A stretch of DNA of 64,000 bases. Source: Bacteroidota bacterium (GTDB lineage Bacteria > Bacteroidota > Bacteroidia > Flavobacteriales > UBA7312). Position numbers and translations under genes: made by a program. The notes under the pieces are model-generated. The model made no database searches. It saw only the letters and a list, made by a program, of their open reading frames with translations, and was not told the origin of the DNA. The stretch is from NCBI GenBank assembly GCA_036340235.1, contig JAYYZE010000029.1, positions 2,041 to 66,040 of the forward strand, written 5' to 3'. Below are positions 11,118-23,505 of the stretch, in pieces (position 1 is the stretch's first letter; every line of letters begins with the position of its first letter).

Positions 11118-12041
11118 TTATTTAATTCTTGGATTGTTGGAATTATCCTCTTTGATTTTATTATACTTATTTAAATTAGCAGGATCTAGCTCTGTAAGAA
11201 GTTTTAATACTCTACTTTTTTCTTCTTGAAAAGCATTGGAATAAATGCTGGAAATTTCATCAGCTTTGGCATTAAAAAACAATTGCAAGATAAAGGCTGT
11301 AGGGTTTAATTGTTTTATTCTACGCATGCTCTCGATGTTTTCTGTAATGATACCTCTACCCTTTTCGTTATCGTCGTGCATAATGTCTAGCCCACTCCTA
11401 TGGTAATTGTACATGACATCATGAAACGAGCTGTATTTTGCATCTAAAAGCTCCTCTGCAAGCCAGTATCTATTTTTATTACTTTCAAATGCTTTCCAAC
11501 CGCTTTCTGGAGCTGACTGAGCATTTTCAACAATTTTTTTTGCTTGTTGAAAATACATATTTCCTCCATCCGGGCTAAAAGACGAATAATCTAGTCCAAT
11601 GATAATGTAGGCATAAAAAGAAAGAATAGAAGTTAAATTTGATGTGTGGGTGTTTTCATTGAAATCTAGAGGTTGATCTTCTATATAGTCAAATTCGACT
11701 TCCCCGTCTAAGTAGTTCAATACAGGAGAATAATACGAACTATTGAAAACAGGCCTGGAGTACTGAACTTGCAAGGTGCCTTTGTAACGATCGGTAGATA
11801 CTTTTTCAAGAACATTGAAGGATAGGTTCAATTCAATACGCTCATCATTAGTAAATACTTCATTAGTCCATTTGCGATTATTGATGAATTCACTGGCTGA
11901 CTTTTGTAATTTCATTAGTTTTTTTCTGTCGCTGACCGGAATTTCATTTTTGGTAGAGACCCTAACATTACAAATCAAATCTTGCGAAAAGACATCCGTT
12001 GAAATAAGAGTAACAATTAAGAGTACTAGTCTATATGCCAT
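11118..12041 (-). CDS. porD: DUF4835 family protein (T9SS-associated PorD)
   Basis: Signal peptide ending FSQ, FINNRKWT, SRPVFNSSY, YAYIIIGLDY, NRYWL, YHRSGLD; located between coaBC and recN as in other Bacteroidota. Confidence 0.8.
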   Translation of the reverse strand: MAYRLVLLIVTLISTDVFSQDLICNVRVSTKNEIPVSDRKKLMKLQKSASEFINNRKWTNEVFTNDERIELNLSFNVLEKVSTDRYKGTLQVQYSRPVFNSSYYSPVLNYLDGEVEFDYIEDQPLDFNENTHTSNLTSILSFYAYIIIGLDYSSFSPDGGNMYFQQAKKIVENAQSAPESGWKAFESNKNRYWLAEELLDAKYSSFHDVMYNYHRSGLDIMHDDNEKGRGIITENIESMRRIKQLNPTAFILQLFFNAKADEISSIYSNAFQEEKSRVLKLLTELDPANLNKYNKIKEDNSNNPRIK

Positions 12042-13242
12042 TAAGGTAATGTGTCAAGTGGTTAATTATATCTTTGGCTACGTCCTGTTTACTTTTTAAC
12101 TCAAAATTATGCAATTTATTATCATTATCAATAATTGAAATTTTGTTCGTATCAGTTTTAAAACCGGCGCCCTTGTCATTTAGAGAATTCAAAACAATAA
12201 AATCAAGTTGCTTATTTTTGATTTTCTGTTTTGCATTGGCTATTTCATTATCGACTTCCAAAGCAAAACCCACCAAAATTTGTTTAGTTTTTATTTGACC
12301 TAAATGATGAAGTATATCCTTAGTTTTTTCAAGAGTAAGGCTAACATTACTTTCTGTTTTTTTGATTTTTCCTTTCTGAAATGTGGTTGGCTTATAATCA
12401 GCTACGGCGGCACTCATAATAGTCACGTCCATAGAGTCAAAATGTTCAATACATGCTTGGAACATATCGTCGGAAGTAGTCACATTTATTACTTGTACGT
12501 TGGCATGAGAAATTGTCTGATGTGTGGGGCCTGAAACCAACACCACATTGGCTCCTTGATCTGCAGCTTCTTTAGCTATGGCATACCCCATTTTTCCTGA
12601 TGAATAATTTCCAAAAAAACGAACAGAATCAATAGGTTCATAGGTAGGTCCAGCCGTCACTAAAATCTGCTTTTTGTAGAGTGGCATTTTTTTAAGAAAA
12701 TCGGCATGAATAAAATCTACAATGTCGTGTGGCTCGGCCATTCGTCCCTTACCAAACAGTCCACTTGCAAGTTGACCCTCTTGAACCGGAATATAAGTAT
12801 TTCCTAGTATTTTTAGTGTATTAATGTTTTGTTGTGTACTAGCATGCTTGAGCATGTCTAAATCCATAGCAGGAGCAAAATAGACAGGGCATTTAGCCGA
12901 CATATAGGTTGTCAGAAGAAGGTTGTCACATTCGCCTGAGGCCATTTTAGAAATAGTTTTGGATGTAGCAGGGGCAATCACCATAAAATCGGCCCATCGC
13001 CCAAGTTCAACATGATTGTTCCACATGTGTTCGTCTTCTTCTTTCACCAAAGAAGTCAAAACAGGATTATTTGAAAGGGTAGATAATGTTAAGGGCGTCA
13101 CAAAATTGTGTGACTCAGGCGTCATTATGACTCTAACACTTGCACCTAGTTTTATAAACTCTCTTACTAAAAAAACAGATTTGTAAGCAGCTATGCTGGC
13201 ACTTATCCCTATGAGTACGTTTTTACCTCTAAAAAGAGACAT
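12031..13242 (-). CDS. coaBC: Bifunctional phosphopantothenoylcysteine decarboxylase / phosphopantothenate-cysteine ligase
   Basis: ASIAAYK, IAPAT, APAMD, VTAGPTYEPIDSVRF, SSGKMG, AAVADY, VGFALE. Confidence 0.97.
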   Translation of the reverse strand: MSLFRGKNVLIGISASIAAYKSVFLVREFIKLGASVRVIMTPESHNFVTPLTLSTLSNNPVLTSLVKEEDEHMWNNHVELGRWADFMVIAPATSKTISKMASGECDNLLLTTYMSAKCPVYFAPAMDLDMLKHASTQQNINTLKILGNTYIPVQEGQLASGLFGKGRMAEPHDIVDFIHADFLKKMPLYKKQILVTAGPTYEPIDSVRFFGNYSSGKMGYAIAKEAADQGANVVLVSGPTHQTISHANVQVINVTTSDDMFQACIEHFDSMDVTIMSAAVADYKPTTFQKGKIKKTESNVSLTLEKTKDILHHLGQIKTKQILVGFALEVDNEIANAKQKIKNKQLDFIVLNSLNDKGAGFKTDTNKISIIDNDNKLHNFELKSKQDVAKDIINHLTHYLNGI

Positions 13243-13580
13243 TATATTGAAGATTCGTTATCTTCTTTTGTGTTCCTGTGGTAAATATTATCTTCTAAAA
13301 ATTCTTGTACTGCTATTAAGGTTCCCTTTGGTAATTTTTCATAAAATTTAGAAACTTCTATTTGCTCAGTATTCTCAAAAATTTCTTCAATAGATTCGCT
13401 AGGGGTAGCAAACTCTTCAAGTTTAGAAAGTAATTCTTCTTTTATGTCTTTGTTAATTTGTACAGCACGCTTTGACATGATTGCAACTGCTTCGTACAAG
13501 TTGCCTGTCTTTTCAGTCAACTCATTAACATCTCTCGTTTCAGTGGTTGAATTTGCTTTGGATTTTTTAAAGTCTGTCAT
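13242..13580 (-). CDS. rpoZ: RNA polymerase omega subunit (Bacteroidota type)
   Basis: TGNLYEAVAIMSKRAVQIN, EQIEVSKFYEKLPK; between bamD and coaBC. Confidence 0.92.
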   Translation of the reverse strand: MTDFKKSKANSTTETRDVNELTEKTGNLYEAVAIMSKRAVQINKDIKEELLSKLEEFATPSESIEEIFENTEQIEVSKFYEKLPKGTLIAVQEFLEDNIYHRNTKEDNESSI

Positions 13581-14368
13581 TATTGAATTTTTTGGAGTTG
13601 TTTTAATGTTTTGTCGTGAATACTTTGTGCATAACTCATTAGTTGATGCGCTGAATGATTAATTTTAAATGTATTGTAGGCAATCAAGGTATTTCTAAGA
13701 CGCTCTTCCATCTTGTTGGAAACACTGTTAATCGCTAATTGATAATTCGCATTTAAAATCAAAAATTCAATTTCTGTTTTGTTTTGTATGGTTGGGTAGT
13801 CTAGCAAAAGATTGTTCAAAGCCGTAATAGCTGCCTTGTACTCTTGAATATCATAATATAGTTTAGCAATTTTAAACGACTTTGTATGTACTTTGTCTAT
13901 TAGCTCGTCCATCAACTCATTGCATTGCTGTACTCGTTTACTCTCAGGGTAGTCGTCAACAAATAATTGTAATTCGTCAATTGCTTTTAGTGTATTGGTC
14001 TTGTCTAATGTAGCAGAAGGTGATTCAAGATAGTAACAATATGCAGCCATAAACGACAACTCTTCACAATGCTTGCTATTTGGATATGTTAGGGCAAATA
14101 ACTTAAATCGATAGCTAGCTATCATATTTGAACCCAATCCATGGTAAGTGTATGCCAGCAGGTAATCCACTTCTTGAGCTTTTTTCGTTCCTTTGTAGAT
14201 AATGCTTAATTCGTCTAGCAAAGGCAATGCTTTTACAAATTCTTCGTTTTCGTAATATTTTTTAGCGGAAACGAATTTTACATCCAAGTCATTGCTTTTC
14301 AATAATTTTTGATAACCATTACAGGAAAAAAGCAAAGAAAATGCAAATATGTAGACTAATGCTCTCAT
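13580..14368 (-). CDS. bamD: Outer membrane assembly lipoprotein BamD
   Basis: Lipobox LFSC, YQKLLKS, TPR repeats, AIDELQLFVDDYPES, YKAAI. Confidence 0.92.
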   Translation of the reverse strand: MRALVYIFAFSLLFSCNGYQKLLKSNDLDVKFVSAKKYYENEEFVKALPLLDELSIIYKGTKKAQEVDYLLAYTYHGLGSNMIASYRFKLFALTYPNSKHCEELSFMAAYCYYLESPSATLDKTNTLKAIDELQLFVDDYPESKRVQQCNELMDELIDKVHTKSFKIAKLYYDIQEYKAAITALNNLLLDYPTIQNKTEIEFLILNANYQLAINSVSNKMEERLRNTLIAYNTFKINHSAHQLMSYAQSIHDKTLKQLQKIQ

Positions 14369-14378
14369 TAAAACGTGG

Positions 14379-14386
14379 CAAAGATA
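14379..14386 (-). promoter_or_regulatory. Bacteroidota sigma70 -7 box for the bamD operon
   Basis: TATCTTTG on the minus strand (matches TAnnTTTG), 10 nt upstream of the bamD ATG. Confidence 0.7.
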
Positions 14387-14441
14387 GTAAATGGAACGAA
14401 CTTTTTAGACAGTTTAGTATATTTTAGGATGTTTTTCTAGT

Positions 14442-14472
14442 TTTGTAGATTTCATCCAATTGATTAAATTTG
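14442..14472 (+). promoter_or_regulatory. Full Bacteroidota -33/-7 promoter upstream of the PLP acyltransferase
   Basis: TTTG(14442-14445)-N19-TAAATTTG(14465-14472). Confidence 0.75.
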
Positions 14473-14492
14473 TATACTAATTTATATGTGTG

Positions 14493-15734
14493 ATGGATCT
14501 TTTTGAGAAGCTAAAATTAAACAGAGGACCCTTAGGTCAACATGCAAAAAACGCCCATGGATACTTCACTTTTCCCAAGCTTGAAGGCGAAATTTCCAAC
14601 AAAATGTTTTTTAGAGGCAAAGAAGTACTCGTTTGGAGTATCAACAATTACATTGGACTATCCAACGAACCAGAAGTTAGAAAAGCAGATAAAAAAGCTA
14701 CTGAAGATTGGGGGCTCGGTTACCCAATGGGCTCAAGAATGATGTCAGGCAATACTAATCATCATGAAAAACTAGAAAATATGCTATCTTCTTTTATGCA
14801 AAAAGAAGACACCATACTGTTGAATTTTGGCTATCAAGGAATGTCATCTTCAGTTGATGCTCTTGTTGATCGAAAAGATGTTATTGTTTATGATAGTGAG
14901 TGTCATGCCTGCATCATTGATGGTGTTCGTTTACATCAGGGAAAACGATTTGTCTTTCCTCACAACAATATCGAAAATCTAGTAAAACAACTAAAGAGAG
15001 CCCAAAGAATAATTGATGAAACTGGCGGTGGTATTTTAGTCATTACCGAAGGTGTGTTTGGAATGTCTGGCGATTTAGGCAAAATTGACGAAATTTCTAA
15101 ATTAAAAGAAAAATACCAATTTCGATTATTTGTAGATGATGCTCACGGCTTTGGCACTATGGGAAAAACAGGTTATGGCACGGGAGAGCATTTGAAATGT
15201 CACGACGAAATTGATATCTATTTCGGCACTTTTGCAAAATCAATGGCTACTATTGGAGCATTCATATCCTCTACTGAAGACGTTGTCGAGTACCTTAGAT
15301 ACAACATGCGTTCTCAGATATTTGCCAAATCATTGCCAATGCCTATTGTAGTTGGTGCTATCAAACGGTTAGAGCTTTTGAAAAATAAACCAGAATTAAA
15401 AAATAGACTTTGGAAAATTGCTAAGCATTTACAATCTGGCCTTCGTGAAGCGGGTTTTAATCTTGGAAATACTCAATCAGCTGTTACTCCAGTTTACTTG
15501 AGCGGAGGTGTAGGTGAGGCTACTAATTTGACCTTGGATTTAAGAGAAAACTACGGTATATTTTGCTCTATTGTAACCTATCCTGTTGTTCCAAAAGGCG
15601 TTATTTTGCTAAGGTTAATTCCAACTGCCGTACATACCTTAGAAGATGTTAGATACACTATTGAATCGTTTTCTGCAATAAAAGATAAATTAGCTAAAGG
15701 AGAATATATTTCTGAAGAGTTAGCTAGCTTTTAA
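14493..15734 (+). CDS. PLP-dependent alpha-oxoamine synthase family enzyme; probable cysteate acyltransferase (sulfonolipid/capnine synthesis, SulA/CapB-like)
   Basis: N-terminal GPLGQ...HGYFTFPKLEG, WSINNYIGL, HACIIDG, EGVFGM, VDDAHG, PLP-lysine GTFAKS, SQIFAKSLP. The family call is firm; substrate assignment is from recalled similarity. Confidence 0.8.
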   Translation: MDLFEKLKLNRGPLGQHAKNAHGYFTFPKLEGEISNKMFFRGKEVLVWSINNYIGLSNEPEVRKADKKATEDWGLGYPMGSRMMSGNTNHHEKLENMLSSFMQKEDTILLNFGYQGMSSSVDALVDRKDVIVYDSECHACIIDGVRLHQGKRFVFPHNNIENLVKQLKRAQRIIDETGGGILVITEGVFGMSGDLGKIDEISKLKEKYQFRLFVDDAHGFGTMGKTGYGTGEHLKCHDEIDIYFGTFAKSMATIGAFISSTEDVVEYLRYNMRSQIFAKSLPMPIVVGAIKRLELLKNKPELKNRLWKIAKHLQSGLREAGFNLGNTQSAVTPVYLSGGVGEATNLTLDLRENYGIFCSIVTYPVVPKGVILLRLIPTAVHTLEDVRYTIESFSAIKDKLAKGEYISEELASF

Positions 15735-16608
15735 ATTTTTCTAAGCATTTATTTAATTTTTCTTCCAGTGAATCTGAACCCTTAACCAAAGGAAGTCTGA
15801 CATTGTCTCCAGTTAAGCCTAACAGCATTAAGAGTTTTTTAACTCCTGCTGGATTGCCCTCCTCAAATAAGGGTCTAACGAAAGGTAATAAGTCATAGTG
15901 AAGTTGGTTGGCATTAATAATGTCGCTCATCAATGCAAACTTGACCATACTAGAGAACTCTTTCGCAATGGCTTGTCCAAGTACAGAAATAACCCCATCA
16001 CCACCAACTAAAATAATAGGAAGAGTCATCTCATCATCACCTGAAAGTACTAAAAATTCAGCTGGCTTATTTTTAATAATGTTCATTATTTGACTTAAAT
16101 CCCCACTAGCTTCTTTAACACCAATGATATTATCAAAATCACGAGCTAATTTCAAGGTAGTTTCAGCAGTCATATTACTGGCAGTTCTAACTGGAACATT
16201 ATACAAAATGATTGGTAGTGGGGAGGCTTCTGAGACGGCCTTAAAATGCTGATATATCCCTTCTTGTGTAGGCTTATTATATGACGGTGACACTGACAAA
16301 ATAGCATCTACCCCACTCAAATCGAAAGCCTCAATGCTACTGATTACGGAATGAGTATTATTTCCTCCAACACCTAGAACAATTGGCAATCGACTATTAT
16401 TTGTTTTTATTACGTGTTCTAAAACTTGCTGTTTTTCATGCTTAGAAAGTGTAACACTTTCGCCTGTTGTTCCCATTACGACCAAAAAATTAACAGCACC
16501 ATCAACACAATGTTCAACTAAGTTTGACAGACACTCAAAATCGATAGATAAATCAGATTTAAAAGGAGTGACTAAAGCTACGCCAGTACCCTGAAATTTA
16601 TGATGCAT
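15724..16608 (-). CDS. dapA: 4-hydroxy-tetrahydrodipicolinate synthase
   Basis: GTGVALVTPF, GTTGES, LYNVPVRT, GVKEASG, SGDD, NPAGVK. Confidence 0.97.
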   Translation of the reverse strand: MHHKFQGTGVALVTPFKSDLSIDFECLSNLVEHCVDGAVNFLVVMGTTGESVTLSKHEKQQVLEHVIKTNNSRLPIVLGVGGNNTHSVISSIEAFDLSGVDAILSVSPSYNKPTQEGIYQHFKAVSEASPLPIILYNVPVRTASNMTAETTLKLARDFDNIIGVKEASGDLSQIMNIIKNKPAEFLVLSGDDEMTLPIILVGGDGVISVLGQAIAKEFSSMVKFALMSDIINANQLHYDLLPFVRPLFEEGNPAGVKKLLMLLGLTGDNVRLPLVKGSDSLEEKLNKCLEKFKS

Positions 16609-17154
16609 TTTTTTGATTTATTAGATTAAGGTAGTGTTTTACTTCAGCAATCAACGCTGTCAGAGTATCTTGCTTGACATCTATCATCATATCATAAATG
16701 GATAGGTCTTGCTCGTATTTTCCAACTTTAAATTTAGCTTTAGAACCTCCTGCTAAATATTTTACAGGTACACAATTACTTGTGCAAAGGTTAATCAAAA
16801 TGTCATAATCTTTTTCAAGAAAATTTTTGATGATGTAGTTTTGAGGTTTGTAATACCAGTTCAAATCTTTCAAAAAGAAAAAATCAAACTGAAGCATGGG
16901 CATATGATGATGTGTCAGCTCATTCTTGTTAACGAATCCAAGAGCTTTGACCTCTTTTTTTCTTTGAAACAACTCATTGGCAAATTCACTGACCAGCATC
17001 ATGTCATCAATCTCAGTGGCATCGTATAAAATGCCAATTGAGCGAGCAGTATTAAAATTATGTACCTGTCTCTGACGATTGTTGTGTTTTAAGTCGCGCT
17101 TAAAAACAAAATGACCTACTTTTTGCTTGATATTTTCAATGAATTGAATGTGCA

Positions 17155-17155
<1 letters not shown>
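16598..17155 (-). CDS. Conserved Bacteroidota hypothetical protein (DUF6913-like)
   Basis: 185 aa, DLNWYYKP, YDILINL, SKAKFKVG, YDMMID; located between ligA and dapA. Confidence 0.7.
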
Positions 17156-19146
<1,991 letters not shown>

Positions 19147-19159
19147 TTAACGTTTAAAT

Positions 19160-19999
19160 TTACGACATCTTTTGTGCTTTTACCATTCTATTCTTGCCTT
19201 GCATATCGTTTTTTATTAAGATATCACAAAAGTCATTATTCTCTAGCAAATTAGCTACATCAATCGATTTTTGTTCATTTATTTCAAAAAATAGAAGCCC
19301 ATCATCATTCAAATTTTCTTTAGCCAATTGCACTATACGATCATAAAATATCAGTGGAATATGGTCATCAACGAATAGGGCTAATTTAGGTTCATAATCC
19401 AATACGTTTTTACTCATCATTGTTCGTTCACTTTCCATCACATAGGGTGGATTACTTACAATGAGGTCCCATTTGCTTTCCAACGAAAGAGGTTCAAAAA
19501 TATCATGAACAAAAAAAGTCACACGCGCTTGGTTTAGTTTCGCGTTTGCTTTTGCTAGCTCAATGGCATCTTGACAAACGTCCAGTGCAGATATTTTTGC
19601 CTTAGTTTGTTTTGCTAAAGCAGTGGCTATGCAACCGCTACCGGTTCCAATATCAAGTGCCGAATTAAAATCATACTGAAGAATCCAATTGACTAATTCT
19701 TCGGTTTCAGGACGAGGAATCAAACAACTTGGATTCACCTGAAATGACATTCCACAAAATTCGCTTTCACCAACAATGTATTGTATAGGCTCGTGTTTTT
19801 TTAATCGATTAATAATGTCCAGAAATTGAATGATTTGATACTCAGGAAGTAAATCGTTCATTCGTAGCAAACACTGAGAACGGCTCCATTTAAAAACATG
19901 TTCTACGCACCAAAAGAATAGTGCCTTTAGCTCTTTATTGTCATAATGCACTGATAGTTCAACATAGAATTGATGTCGTAATTCGTTGGCTGATTTCAT
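19160..19999 (-). CDS. prmC: Release factor glutamine methyltransferase PrmC/HemK
   Basis: EPIQYIVG, LIPRPETEELV, DIGTGSGCIA, SNPPY. Confidence 0.96.
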   Translation of the reverse strand: MKSANELRHQFYVELSVHYDNKELKALFFWCVEHVFKWSRSQCLLRMNDLLPEYQIIQFLDIINRLKKHEPIQYIVGESEFCGMSFQVNPSCLIPRPETEELVNWILQYDFNSALDIGTGSGCIATALAKQTKAKISALDVCQDAIELAKANAKLNQARVTFFVHDIFEPLSLESKWDLIVSNPPYVMESERTMMSKNVLDYEPKLALFVDDHIPLIFYDRIVQLAKENLNDDGLLFFEINEQKSIDVANLLENNDFCDILIKNDMQGKNRMVKAQKMS

Positions 20000-20013
20000 C
20001 TGACCAAATTAAC

Positions 20014-20021
20014 TATTTTTG
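20014..20021 (+). promoter_or_regulatory. -7 box for ribD (probably leaderless or very short leader)
   Basis: TATTTTTG ending 6 nt before ATG 20028; an imperfect TTAATTTG sits on the minus strand at 20005-20012 for prmC. Confidence 0.55.
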
Positions 20022-20027
20022 TGCGTG

Positions 20028-21044
20028 ATGACGAACGAAAATTACATGAATTTATGCATCGAATTGGCAAAAAAGGGAATTCCAAAGGCCTATCCTAATC
20101 CACTGGTTGGCTGTGTGATTGTTCATGATAATACCATTATCGGAAAAGGTTACCATGAACAATTTGGTCATGCCCATGCCGAAGTCAATGCCATTAGCTG
20201 TGTTACTGATAAATCACTTTTACGATATTCCACCCTGTATGTTTCTTTGGAGCCATGTGTTCATCATGGCAAAACACCCCCTTGTACAGATTTAATCATC
20301 AATTATCAAATACCAAAAGTAGTCATTGGTAGCTTGGATACCTTTTCAAAAGTCAATGGCCTAGGAATAAAACGATTAAAAAAAGCTGGAATTGAAGTTG
20401 TCACATCAGTGTTAGAGACCAAATGCCGTCAATTAAACAAACGATTTTTTACGTTTCACGAAAAAAAAAGACCATTCATTATTCTAAAATGGGCAAAATC
20501 TGCAGATGGTTTCATTGCACCCTCAAATCAAAACAAACCCTTTTGGTTAACCGGTTCAGATTCCAAAAAACTGGTTCATCAGTGGCGAAGCGAAGAAAGA
20601 GCTATACTAGTTGGAAAAAATACAGTGTTGAAAGATAATCCAATGCTAACTGTTAGAGAAGTAAAAGGAAGTAATCCCATTCGTCTGGTTATCGACAAGA
20701 AGTGTTCTTTGAACAAAAATCAATTTACCATTTTTAACAAGGAAGCAAAAACGCTTATCATCAACGACACACTCAATGACAACTTTCATGTAAAAGTAAA
20801 TTTTTCATCCTTTATAGACTCTTTGATGAGTGAACTGCATAAGCGAGATATTCAATCTATAATGGTGGAAGGTGGTGCACATACACTTCAAGCATTTATT
20901 GATGCCAATTGTTGGGATGAAGCTCGGATTTTCACTTCTACAAAACGATTAGCACAAGGAATTCAATCGCCTGTAATTGAGTGTTTTATAAAAAAATCAA
21001 GACAAATGACTGAGGATACACTTAACTATTACTTCAATTTATGA
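20028..21044 (+). CDS. ribD: Riboflavin biosynthesis bifunctional deaminase/reductase RibD
   Basis: PNPLVGCV, HAEV, LEPCVHHGKTPPC, KWAKSADG, VEGG; start at MTNENY. Confidence 0.96.
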   Translation: MTNENYMNLCIELAKKGIPKAYPNPLVGCVIVHDNTIIGKGYHEQFGHAHAEVNAISCVTDKSLLRYSTLYVSLEPCVHHGKTPPCTDLIINYQIPKVVIGSLDTFSKVNGLGIKRLKKAGIEVVTSVLETKCRQLNKRFFTFHEKKRPFIILKWAKSADGFIAPSNQNKPFWLTGSDSKKLVHQWRSEERAILVGKNTVLKDNPMLTVREVKGSNPIRLVIDKKCSLNKNQFTIFNKEAKTLIINDTLNDNFHVKVNFSSFIDSLMSELHKRDIQSIMVEGGAHTLQAFIDANCWDEARIFTSTKRLAQGIQSPVIECFIKKSRQMTEDTLNYYFNL

Positions 21045-21880
21045 TTGACCTTTGCTTATCCATACTGTTCACTGTTGTTTTGTTCTTGTTTTTTAAAGAG
21101 TTTGATAGAAGACGAATAAACACCCTTCAAGCCATTACTTTCAACTACCTCAGTGCGGGTTTGTTATCATTATATATAGGACACAAGGGATACAATTATG
21201 AAACCGTTTTTATTTCAGATTGGATTCTACCTACTTTTGTGCTTGGGATATTTTTCATTGTCATGTTTAATATCATGGCATTAACCACCCAACGATTAGG
21301 GGTTACCATTGGCTCGTTAGCGAGTAAAATGTCATTAATCATACCTGTTTTAGCTGCCTTACTTTTTCAAGGAGATCAGTGGACATTTTTAAAAATTACA
21401 GGAATTGTGACCGCCCTGCTGTCAGTTTACTTAACGGTCAAAAAGGATAAACAACACTCTGGTCCCATTTACCTAGCTATTATTCTCTTTGTAGGTGCCG
21501 GATTACTAGATACAGTGCTATCTCACATTCAGTTTTTATACTTAGACAGTCCACAATCAAAAGATTATTTTACTACCACGGTTTTTTTAGTTGCATTTGC
21601 AACTGGCGGGCTACTTCTTTTGTTTAAAAAGCAAGTACTATCTCTAAGAAATATCTTGGCAGGAATATTGTTGGGATTACCTAACTACTTCAGCATTTTC
21701 TTTGTTTTGAGAAGTTTAGAATCTATGCAGTCCAGCCTAGTCTTTCCAATTCTCAACATTGGCGTAGTGGTTTTATCGGCTTTGATTGGGTGGGCCTATT
21801 ACAAGGAACAATTATCAAAACTCAATTTATTAGGTGTTTTATTGGCCATCACTTCAATTTGTATTTTGATATTTGCCTAA
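21041..21880 (+). CDS. DMT/EamA family transporter
   Basis: About 10 hydrophobic segments, AITFNY, SKMSLIIP, GLPNYFS, YKEQLS. Confidence 0.85.
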   Translation: MIDLCLSILFTVVLFLFFKEFDRRRINTLQAITFNYLSAGLLSLYIGHKGYNYETVFISDWILPTFVLGIFFIVMFNIMALTTQRLGVTIGSLASKMSLIIPVLAALLFQGDQWTFLKITGIVTALLSVYLTVKKDKQHSGPIYLAIILFVGAGLLDTVLSHIQFLYLDSPQSKDYFTTTVFLVAFATGGLLLLFKKQVLSLRNILAGILLGLPNYFSIFFVLRSLESMQSSLVFPILNIGVVVLSALIGWAYYKEQLSKLNLLGVLLAITSICILIFA

Positions 21881-22494
21881 TGAAATATGACGATTCATAC
21901 CAACAGTTATCAAGCTTTTCTAAGGGGCTTTACAAAGACAAGGGCAGCAAATTTGTGGCTTATTGCTTCCCAGTAAAAAACGAAGAGGATGTTAAACAAC
22001 GACTTGCTGAAGTTAAAAAAGAAGAATACGCTGCCAGGCACCATTGCTATGCATACATTTTACATCCAGACCAGTCGACACAACGTGATAATGACGATGG
22101 CGAACCTTCCAATACCGCCGGAAAGCCTATTTTAGGACAAATTCTTTCAAGAAACCTCACTAACACATTGGTCATTGTTGTTCGTTATTTTGGAGGCATT
22201 AAATTAGGGATTAATGGATTAATTAACGCCTATCGTGTAGCAGCTTCCAATGCATTAGATAATGGAAAAACTAAATTGTGCTATATTAAAGATATGTATA
22301 GTGTTTACTTCAAATATTCTGAAATGAACCAGGTGATGAGGTTAGTAAAAGAGCACGAACTGGAAGTGATACGCCAAGACTTTAAATTGGAATGTACACT
22401 CACATTTTGTGTCAGAAAAAGCCAGTCTGAAAAAATACAAAGTATATTTGCCTTAAATCATTTAGTTAAACTAAAATACATTAAAAAAATATAA
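21880..22494 (+). CDS. yigZ: YigZ/IMPACT family protein
   Basis: [43 protein letters not shown] 21880 overlaps the upstream stop (TAATG). Confidence 0.92.
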   Translation: MKYDDSYQQLSSFSKGLYKDKGSKFVAYCFPVKNEEDVKQRLAEVKKEEYAARHHCYAYILHPDQSTQRDNDDGEPSNTAGKPILGQILSRNLTNTLVIVVRYFGGIKLGINGLINAYRVAASNALDNGKTKLCYIKDMYSVYFKYSEMNQVMRLVKEHELEVIRQDFKLECTLTFCVRKSQSEKIQSIFALNHLVKLKYIKKI

Positions 22495-23414
22495 TGGAAC
22501 TTTTAAAAACCTTATGTAGCATACACGCTCCCTGTGGAGAAGAAAAAGCCCTTTCTGAGTTCTTATTAGACTACGTGCAAGAACATATGAAATCATGGTC
22601 GGTTGAACCCACTGTTTATCATGGTGATGGCTTTCAAAATTGTATCGTTTTGGTTTTTGGAAAGCCCAGAACCGCTATTTTTGCCCACATGGACAGCATT
22701 GGATTTACTGTCAAATACGACAATGAAATTGTGAAAATTGGCGGTCCTGTTACAACAGAAGGAATCACACTTATTGGTGAAGACAGTAAAGGTGTTGTTC
22801 AGGAAAAGATTATTCACAAAACCGATGAAAAAGGAAACAAAAGTTTACATATTGGTGGCAGAACCGTTGACAGAGGAACATCCTTAACGTTCAAACCCCA
22901 TTTTAGAGAGACTGACGACTATTTACAATGTAGCTACATGGATAACCGTTTAGGCGTTTGGAATGCACTAAAAGTGGCTGAAACATTAGAAAATGGCATT
23001 ATTTGTTTTTCTGCTTGGGAAGAACACGGCGGAGGATCGGTAGGCTACTTGGCAAAGTTCATTTATGAAACATTTGGTGTCAAACAAGCGTTGATTTCAG
23101 ATATCACTTGGGTAACAAAAGGCGTTAAGCATGGTCAAGGCGTTGCCATTTCCATGCGTGATAGTGGCATCCCGCGAAAAAGCTATGTCAATCGAATTAT
23201 TGAATTGGCTAAGCAAAGCGGCATTCCGTTTCAATTAGAAGTAGAGAATGCTGGTGGTAGTGATGGCAATGCTCTACAACGATCTCCCTACCCTTTTGAT
23301 TGGTGTTTTGTTGGTGCTCCTGAAGATAATGTACACTCACCCGATGAAAAGGTTCACAAAGCAGACATTGAAAGCATGAAAACACTTTACAAATACTTAA
23401 TAAACCACTTATAA
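22494..23414 (+). CDS. M42/M20 family metallo-aminopeptidase
   Basis: Metal ligands AHMD, MDNR, WEEH, SDITW, GGSDG, NVHSPDE. Confidence 0.88.
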   Translation: MELLKTLCSIHAPCGEEKALSEFLLDYVQEHMKSWSVEPTVYHGDGFQNCIVLVFGKPRTAIFAHMDSIGFTVKYDNEIVKIGGPVTTEGITLIGEDSKGVVQEKIIHKTDEKGNKSLHIGGRTVDRGTSLTFKPHFRETDDYLQCSYMDNRLGVWNALKVAETLENGIICFSAWEEHGGGSVGYLAKFIYETFGVKQALISDITWVTKGVKHGQGVAISMRDSGIPRKSYVNRIIELAKQSGIPFQLEVENAGGSDGNALQRSPYPFDWCFVGAPEDNVHSPDEKVHKADIESMKTLYKYLINHL

Positions 23415-23505
23415 ATCTTAAATTTTAAGTAATGAATTATTAATTTACTGATGGCTATGTTGACTTTTGTTTGTAGAAGTTATTAATCTTTAAAATTTTA
23501 AACTC

